This document shows, one piece after another, positions 58,750-64,000 of a stretch of 64,000 nucleotides of DNA. The notes beneath the pieces are model-generated. The model was not told where the DNA came from, did no database searches, and saw only the letters and a program-made list of their open reading frames with translations. This DNA is from Dehalococcoidia bacterium (GTDB taxonomy: Bacteria; Chloroflexota; Dehalococcoidia; Bin125), in assembly GCA_963555985.3 (NCBI GenBank), contig OY820591.1, positions 224,001 to 288,000 on the forward strand, written 5' to 3'. The position numbers were made by a program, and so were the translations under genes. Each line of letters starts with the position of its first letter. Positions within the stretch are counted from its first letter, which is position 1.

Positions 58750-59577
58750 TTACTCCGGCTCGGTCGCAATATCCACCAGCACAAACCGCCGAGGCTGCTG
58801 ATCCCATCTGATGAGACGGTGGGGCGGGTCTACTTCGTACCAGGCTCGGCTGACCTCGACCCCAGGCGTCGCCACTACCTGCCAGGTCACCACATCGCCC
58901 TGCGGCCCGCGCAGCGTGTCCTGCCCGCGCACGGCAACCTGGACCAACTGACTGCGCTGCTGCACGACGTTGACCGAGCGGTAGGTCAGCTCCAAGTCCT
59001 GCTCGAACGCGAGCGAACGCCAGAGCCAAGCGGAGGAGTCGTTGTCGAAGGCGAACTCCCCCGCCTCCACGCGCTCCTCAATCCGCTTCTCGGTCGGCTC
59101 ATCCGTGTCCGCCCCTTCCACCGTCACCATGATCACATCCGCGTAGGTCTCCCCGTCCGCGTTGGCGCCGTACTCGCCGCGCACGCGGATCGTCTCATCG
59201 GCCGCCGCCGCCGACCGCTCATAGCGCAGCGGGCGCAGCGTCTCGGCGTCAACCCAGACCGTCACCTCGTCCCGAACCGGACCTTCCTCACCCTCGAGTT
59301 CGAAGACCAGCCGCAACCGGAATTCATCGCCCTCACGGACGGTCTCCAGCGCCATCGTCCCTAGCTCGGTATCAGTCTGATCGAGCATCGCGTAGGTCAG
59401 CCGCTCGTAGTCGGGCCAGGCGATCTGGGCGACGGGGTTTTCGGGGTCGTCGAAGTCGGTCTCGGAACCGCAGGCGACGAGAAACGTCGTGAGAACGGCG
59501 ACGACGAGGAGAAGGGATCGAGATTCCCGCGACAAGCGCGGGAATGACGGAATGAAGCTGGATGATGCCGCCATCAC
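58750..59577 (-). CDS. Lipoprotein, DUF3108-like beta-rich domain
   Basis: Lipobox LVAC; beta-strand pattern '..WVDAETLRPLRYER'; start overlaps the ltaE stop. Confidence 0.7.
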   Translation of the reverse strand: MMAASSSFIPSFPRLSRESRSLLLVVAVLTTFLVACGSETDFDDPENPVAQIAWPDYERLTYAMLDQTDTELGTMALETVREGDEFRLRLVFELEGEEGPVRDEVTVWVDAETLRPLRYERSAAAADETIRVRGEYGANADGETYADVIMVTVEGADTDEPTEKRIEERVEAGEFAFDNDSSAWLWRSLAFEQDLELTYRSVNVVQQRSQLVQVAVRGQDTLRGPQGDVVTWQVVATPGVEVSRAWYEVDPPHRLIRWDQQPRRFVLVDIATEPE

Positions 59578-60650
59578 GAATTGGGGCCGATTTCGGCTTC
59601 GGCCATGCGGCGGAGGGCTTCGGCGCAGTCCTCGCTGGTCAGGTCGGCGTGGGTGACCAGCCGAATCTTGGTTCGGTCGGGGGTAGTGACGAGGATGCCG
59701 AGTTGCTTGAGTTGGGCCTGGAGGTTTGGGGATGGCGCGGGATCGCGGGTGGTGTCGAGTTGGACGATGACGATGTTGGTTTCGACGCTCTCGGGATTGA
59801 TGTCGAAGCCCAGTTCCGCCAGACCGCGCGCCAACTGCCGCGCGTTGGCGTGGTCGTCGGCGAGTCGATCCACCATCTCGTCCAATGCCACCAACCCCGC
59901 CGCAGCCAGAATCCCCGCCTGCCGCATCCCGCCGCCGACCAGTTTGCGCGCGCGGTGGGCGGCGCGGATGAATTCGGCGTCGCCGCAGATGAGCGATCCT
60001 ACGGGCGCGCCTAGTCCCTTGGAGAGGCAGAAGCAGACGCTATCGGCGGGGGCTGCGAGTTCGGCGACGGAATGTCCGCTGGCGACGGCGGCGTTGAAGA
60101 TGCGGGCGCCGTCGAGATGGACTCGCAACCCGGCCTCATGCGCGATCGCAGCCAGCGTCTCGGTGCGTTCGAGCGAGAGCACCGTGCCGCCGCAGAAGTT
60201 GTGGGTGTTCTCCAGTGCCAGCAGGGAGGTGCGGGGCTGATGCACATCGTCTGGTCGCACCGCCGCCGCGACTCGATCGGGATCGAGTCCGCCGTCCGGT
60301 TCGTTGGGCAGGATCGTCGCCAGCACGCCGCCGAGCCGCGAGACGCCGCCCTGCTCGGAGCGCACGATGTGGGCGCGGTCGCCTACCAGCAGCTCATCTC
60401 CGGCGCGGGTCTGGGCCAGCAGCGAGACCAGGTTCGCCATCGTGCCGGAGGCGACGTAGAGGGCCGCCTCCTTGCCGGTGCGCTCCGCCGCTGCCCGCTC
60501 CAACTCGGCGATCGTGGGGTCTTCGCCGAACACGTCGTCGCCGACTTCGGCCTCGAAGATCGCCCGCCGCATCGACGCGGTGGGGCGGGTCACAGTGTCG
60601 CTGCGCAGATCGATCAGGGGGCGGTCGATCGCGTCGTTCGAGTCACTCAT
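59574..60650 (-). CDS. ltaE: Low-specificity L-threonine aldolase
   Basis: DLRSDTVT, GDDVFGEDP, SGTMAN, ENTHN, HLDGAR, CLSKGLGAP and GGGMRQ. Confidence 0.96.
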   Translation of the reverse strand: MSDSNDAIDRPLIDLRSDTVTRPTASMRRAIFEAEVGDDVFGEDPTIAELERAAAERTGKEAALYVASGTMANLVSLLAQTRAGDELLVGDRAHIVRSEQGGVSRLGGVLATILPNEPDGGLDPDRVAAAVRPDDVHQPRTSLLALENTHNFCGGTVLSLERTETLAAIAHEAGLRVHLDGARIFNAAVASGHSVAELAAPADSVCFCLSKGLGAPVGSLICGDAEFIRAAHRARKLVGGGMRQAGILAAAGLVALDEMVDRLADDHANARQLARGLAELGFDINPESVETNIVIVQLDTTRDPAPSPNLQAQLKQLGILVTTPDRTKIRLVTHADLTSEDCAEALRRMAEAEIGPNS

Positions 60651-61081
60651 CAGCTGCGCTCCCAAATCGTGCGAAAGCCCTCGCCGCCGGTGATCGCGGC
60701 GAGCGTCACTGCGCGCTCACCCTCTAGTAATTTGCGCCGGACATCGTCGATCTGCGACTGCTCGACATCGAGGCTGAGCAGGCGCGATTCGATTCGTTCC
60801 CAGATGCCCGCTTCCTCGAAGGCCGAGACCGCTCGCGGCCAGGGGAAGGAGAGGATGCGTTCCGGCAGCGGTAGACGCGGACGCAGCGATTTGAGGTGGC
60901 TAAAGCGCTCCTCGGCCGAGTTCACACGGTCAACCAGGTCGATGATGGGTCCGTCCGAGCCGTCCGTGCGGAAGTCGACCAGCAGGCGCGGTTCCAACAC
61001 CTCGAAGCGCACGATCAGGACGGCGGCGCGGTCGATCACGCGCAGGATTTCATCCAGGTCAACGCCGAAATCGTCGCTCAC
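60650..61081 (-). CDS. Conserved hypothetical protein
   Basis: GTG start after GGGAG; RLLVDFR...GP...V.RVNSAEERF..L..LRP; TGATG coupling to ltaE. Confidence 0.7.
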   Translation of the reverse strand: MSDDFGVDLDEILRVIDRAAVLIVRFEVLEPRLLVDFRTDGSDGPIIDLVDRVNSAEERFSHLKSLRPRLPLPERILSFPWPRAVSAFEEAGIWERIESRLLSLDVEQSQIDDVRRKLLEGERAVTLAAITGGEGFRTIWERS

Positions 61082-61130
61082 GCGCCCATCTCCCTGCTTC
61101 GACGCTGCTGATCGGCTTCGCTCGCGGCAT

Positions 61131-61406
61131 CTATGGGGAGTGTATGGAGCCTCCCCCAGCGCGTCCAATGCGGGGGCTTGCGACGCCTCCCGAACGCGCC
61201 GGCGGGCCGCCGATTCCGAGCAATGCTTCGCGGGCGGCGTCGTAGCGCTGCTTGGCCCGCGCTTCGCGGTTGAGCAGGCCTTTGAGCTTGGGCGGTTCCA
61301 AGGGTTCGCCGTTGAGGAAGACGTCGTGCAAGCGCTCGAGTTGCCGCTGCCAGGCTTGCCAGGCATCGCGGTACTCGCGCTGACGCTCCGGATCGACGTA
61401 GACCAT
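61131..61406 (-). CDS. Hypothetical small helical protein
   Basis: 91 aa, AGGA RBS, operon position. Confidence 0.65.
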   Translation of the reverse strand: MVYVDPERQREYRDAWQAWQRQLERLHDVFLNGEPLEPPKLKGLLNREARAKQRYDAAREALLGIGGPPARSGGVASPRIGRAGGGSIHSP

Positions 61407-61421
61407 CGTTCCTGCTCTCCG

Positions 61422-61733
61422 CTAGACCAGGTTGCGGTAGATGTGGATCTCGGCCGACTCGAAGACCATTGCCTCGCGCACGGCGCGGCGCAGCTCGGCG
61501 AAGCGCTGATCCTGCGCGGCCAGTTCCTCGAACTGTTCGAGTTCCTTCAGGTCTTCGAACTCGGCGATGATCTCGACATTGCTCGCCGGCCCGGTGATCG
61601 AATCCCAGACCGAGAACTGCGCCTCGATCCCGCGCGCCGACTGATAATCCAGGGCCGCTTCAACCGCGCGCAGGAAGTCGGAGTGGCGACCCGGCGACAC
61701 ACGCCCGGTCAGGACTCGTCGGTACATGGCCAT
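61422..61733 (-). CDS. Small dimeric alpha-beta barrel (NIPSNAP/ABM-like) protein
   Basis: V.PGR...F, 'VEIIAEFEDLKELEQ' pattern; operon position. Confidence 0.6.
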   Translation of the reverse strand: MAMYRRVLTGRVSPGRHSDFLRAVEAALDYQSARGIEAQFSVWDSITGPASNVEIIAEFEDLKELEQFEELAAQDQRFAELRRAVREAMVFESAEIHIYRNLV

Positions 61734-62410
61734 AGGTGCTGCTCCTCGGGCGGGGGGCGATCGCCGTGCTGCTGATCGTGCCCCGGTTGGCGGGCGCGCA
61801 GGATGCGGATCACGCGCTCCAGGTCTTCAGTGTGATTGACATTGACGAACGACTCCAGCGCCGCATCGGCCGAGCGCAGTGTGGACTCGTCCAGAAGGCG
61901 GTGCGGCACCAGCGGCAGCAGCGCTCGCAGCCGCCCCTCGTTGCGATCGAGCAACTCGCGCACGACCGGCTCGATACCTCGCCGATAGGCGGCCAGCAGC
62001 GGCTGCGCAAAGCCGCCGACCTCGGGCATCGCAATCTCGACCCCGGCCGCGCCCGCAGCGACCGCCCGCAGCGTCGCGCGACGGAGCAGGGGCATGTCGC
62101 AGGCGACGAGCAGGGCCAGGTCGTGCTCGATCTCGTGCAGCGCCGCTTCCAGCCCCGCCATCGGTCCGCGTTCCGCCCGCAGGTCGGTCAGTTCCCGCCA
62201 GGGCGCGCCCATCGCGGTCAGAAACTGCTGATCGGGACGGCGCACCACAACAATGTCGTCGGTCACGCCCGCCGCCGCCAGCGCCGTCCAGTGCAGCAGC
62301 GGACGCCCCGCTGCCATGCAGGTGGCCTTGTCACGCCCCAGCCGTCGGCCAAACCCGCCGGCCAAGATGATCACCGAAAACGGCTCGCCCTCAAGCTGTC
62401 GATTAGTCAC
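61709..62410 (-). CDS. mobA: Molybdenum cofactor guanylyltransferase
   Basis: ILAGG.GRRLG.DKA, GPMAGL, VACDMP, QPLLA.Y and FVNVN..EDL. Confidence 0.92.
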   Translation of the reverse strand: MTNRQLEGEPFSVIILAGGFGRRLGRDKATCMAAGRPLLHWTALAAAGVTDDIVVVRRPDQQFLTAMGAPWRELTDLRAERGPMAGLEAALHEIEHDLALLVACDMPLLRRATLRAVAAGAAGVEIAMPEVGGFAQPLLAAYRRGIEPVVRELLDRNEGRLRALLPLVPHRLLDESTLRSADAALESFVNVNHTEDLERVIRILRARQPGHDQQHGDRPPPEEQHLWPCTDES

Positions 62411-62432
62411 AAACTGAGTCTAGGCTGCCCAC

Positions 62433-63203
62433 ATGACACTGCCATTGCACTCCGCGCTGGGAATCGAGCGTCCCGCTGTATTCGCCACAGTCGGCGGCGG
62501 CGGCAAGACGACCGTCCTCTTCGCGCTGGCGGCGGAGTGGGAAGTGGCGGGCGGCGACGGTCTGACCGTGCTGACGACGACGACCAAGATGACCGTGCCT
62601 GCCGAGGGCAGACAGCTGCCGCTGTTGCTGGGTCGCAAGGATGCGTTTCGGGCTGGCGCATTGGCAGACGTGCGTGCCCGGGGCTTGTCGAGCGCAGTCG
62701 TCGGCAGTGGTCGCGGCGAGCGCGAGCGCGTGCTCGGCGTGAGTGCAGATTGGCCGCGAGCGGCGGTGGACGGGGGGCTGGCGTCGCTGGTCGCGGTCGA
62801 GGCGGACGGCTCCAAGGGACGCCCGTTCAAGGCTCCAGCCGAACACGAGCCAGTCTTGCCGACCGGAGTCGACGTGGTCGCGGCCGTCGTGGGCGCGGGC
62901 GTGCTGGGGCGTCCGCTGGACGAGCGCTCGGTGCATCGCCCGGAGTTGGCAGCCTCAGTCTTAGGTGCAGCGCTGGGCGATGAAGTGACGCCAGAGCTCG
63001 TGGCTGCGGTGCTGGCCTCGCCGCAGGGCGGGCGCAAAGGCGTGCCGAAAGGAGCGTCGTTCGTCGTACTGGTCTCAAGCGCCGCGCGCAATCCCGATGG
63101 CGCGGAGGCGATCGCGTCGGCCTGTCTGGAGCGCGGCGTTGAGCGAGTCGTGGTCTGGGACGCATCCGCAGAACTACTGCACGCGCGAACGATCGCGCGT
63201 TGA
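62433..63203 (+). CDS. yqeC: YqeC family protein (selenium-dependent molybdenum hydroxylase accessory)
   Basis: VGGGGKTT, LTTTTKM and VEADGSKGRPFKAPAEHEPVLP. Confidence 0.9.
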   Translation: MTLPLHSALGIERPAVFATVGGGGKTTVLFALAAEWEVAGGDGLTVLTTTTKMTVPAEGRQLPLLLGRKDAFRAGALADVRARGLSSAVVGSGRGERERVLGVSADWPRAAVDGGLASLVAVEADGSKGRPFKAPAEHEPVLPTGVDVVAAVVGAGVLGRPLDERSVHRPELAASVLGAALGDEVTPELVAAVLASPQGGRKGVPKGASFVVLVSSAARNPDGAEAIASACLERGVERVVVWDASAELLHARTIAR

Positions 63204-63272
63204 ATTCCCTACGATCCACACCAAACGCCCAGCCGTAAACAGTACGCGGCGCCGCTTGGAAAGAGTCTCAAC

Positions 63273-64000
63273 ATGACCTCCGGCATTACCGATCGCATCA
63301 AAGTGATCGACGTCGACACCCACATCTCCGAACCCGAAGACCTCTGGACCTCGCGCGTCTCGTCGAAGTGGGGCGACCGCATCCCGCATGTGGTCAAGGC
63401 CGGCGACGCCGGCGCCACGGGCGGCGCCGATGTCGTGCGCAACATTGAGATCGATCGCGGCGCTACCGACGACATCTGGATCGTCGACGGCAAGCCGGGG
63501 ATGCCCACCGCCTTGCTCGCCTGGTCGGGCCACAACGAGCACTGGCCCCGGCACCCGCACACCCTGGCCGACGCCCACGCTGCCGCCAGCAACGCCGACG
63601 CGCGGCTGAAGCTGATGGATGAAGTCGGCGTCCACGCCAACCTGATCTTCCCCAACGTCGGCGGCAGCCGCCAGTACCTCAACATCGCCCGCTCCGAACC
63701 CGAGCTCGCGCTCGAATGCTGCCGCGCCTACAACGACTTCCTCACCGACTGGTGCAGCGCCGACCCCAACCGCCTGCTCGCGCAAGTCTCGCTGCCGCTC
63801 TGGGACATTCCTGCCTGCGTCGAGGAGATCGAGCGCAACGCCGCAGCCGGGCATAAGTCGGTGATGATGACCTACCAGCCCGACGGCTACGGTCTGCCCT
63901 GGCTCGCCGATGAGCACTGGGATCCGATCTGGAACGCCACCCAGGACGCCGGCCTGCCGATCACCTTCCACATCGACGCCGGCCGCGAGATGAACGTCTG
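63273..64000 (+). CDS. Amidohydrolase family protein (Amidohydro_2), 3'-truncated by the window edge
   Basis: IDVDTHISEP, RLKLMDEVGV, RAYNDFL..W, WDPIW...LPITFH; frame open to the end of the window. Confidence 0.9.
   Translation, partial: MTSGITDRIKVIDVDTHISEPEDLWTSRVSSKWGDRIPHVVKAGDAGATGGADVVRNIEIDRGATDDIWIVDGKPGMPTALLAWSGHNEHWPRHPHTLADAHAAASNADARLKLMDEVGVHANLIFPNVGGSRQYLNIARSEPELALECCRAYNDFLTDWCSADPNRLLAQVSLPLWDIPACVEEIERNAAAGHKSVMMTYQPDGYGLPWLADEHWDPIWNATQDAGLPITFHIDAGREMNV

Noticed and set aside
60072-61775. 567-aa plus-strand ORF
   Set aside because: Antisense to ltaE and the upstream small genes.

Overview
GC-rich bacterial chromosomal segment. The gene set (luciferase-like/F420 oxidoreductases, family III CoA-transferases, several crotonases, giant FtsX permeases) suggests Chloroflexota, Dehalococcoidia/SAR202-like; this taxonomy is inference. 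Recognisable genes: ilvD, a complete phoB-phoR-pstSCAB-phoU locus, ltaE, mobA and yqeC. An accessory/defence-rich zone at 16.5-42 kb holds tandem thermonucleases, a VapBC-type pair, an orphan DUF2283 gene, and two homologous small amino-methyltransferases, each paired with a different PD-(D/E)xK nuclease. It also holds a RosmerTA-like toxin/XRE-ImmA pair apparently co-transcribed with one nuclease, and a Panacea (DUF4065) toxin-antitoxin. Intergenic DNA is dense in two REP-like palindrome families, with nested MITEs and an IS30 whose transposase takes its stop codon from the target REP. The most unusual signals are: (i) a dispersed ~200-bp non-coding element (conserved head plus an array of 10-bp-period repeats) in three copies, two bracketing the Panacea TA; (ii) a ferritin-like diiron alpha/beta-type gene pair plus a NorD/CbbO-like vWA protein; (iii) the TA-nuclease-MTase composite. 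No rRNA, tRNA or CRISPR array was recognised. All product calls come from motif recognition by eye, not database searches.
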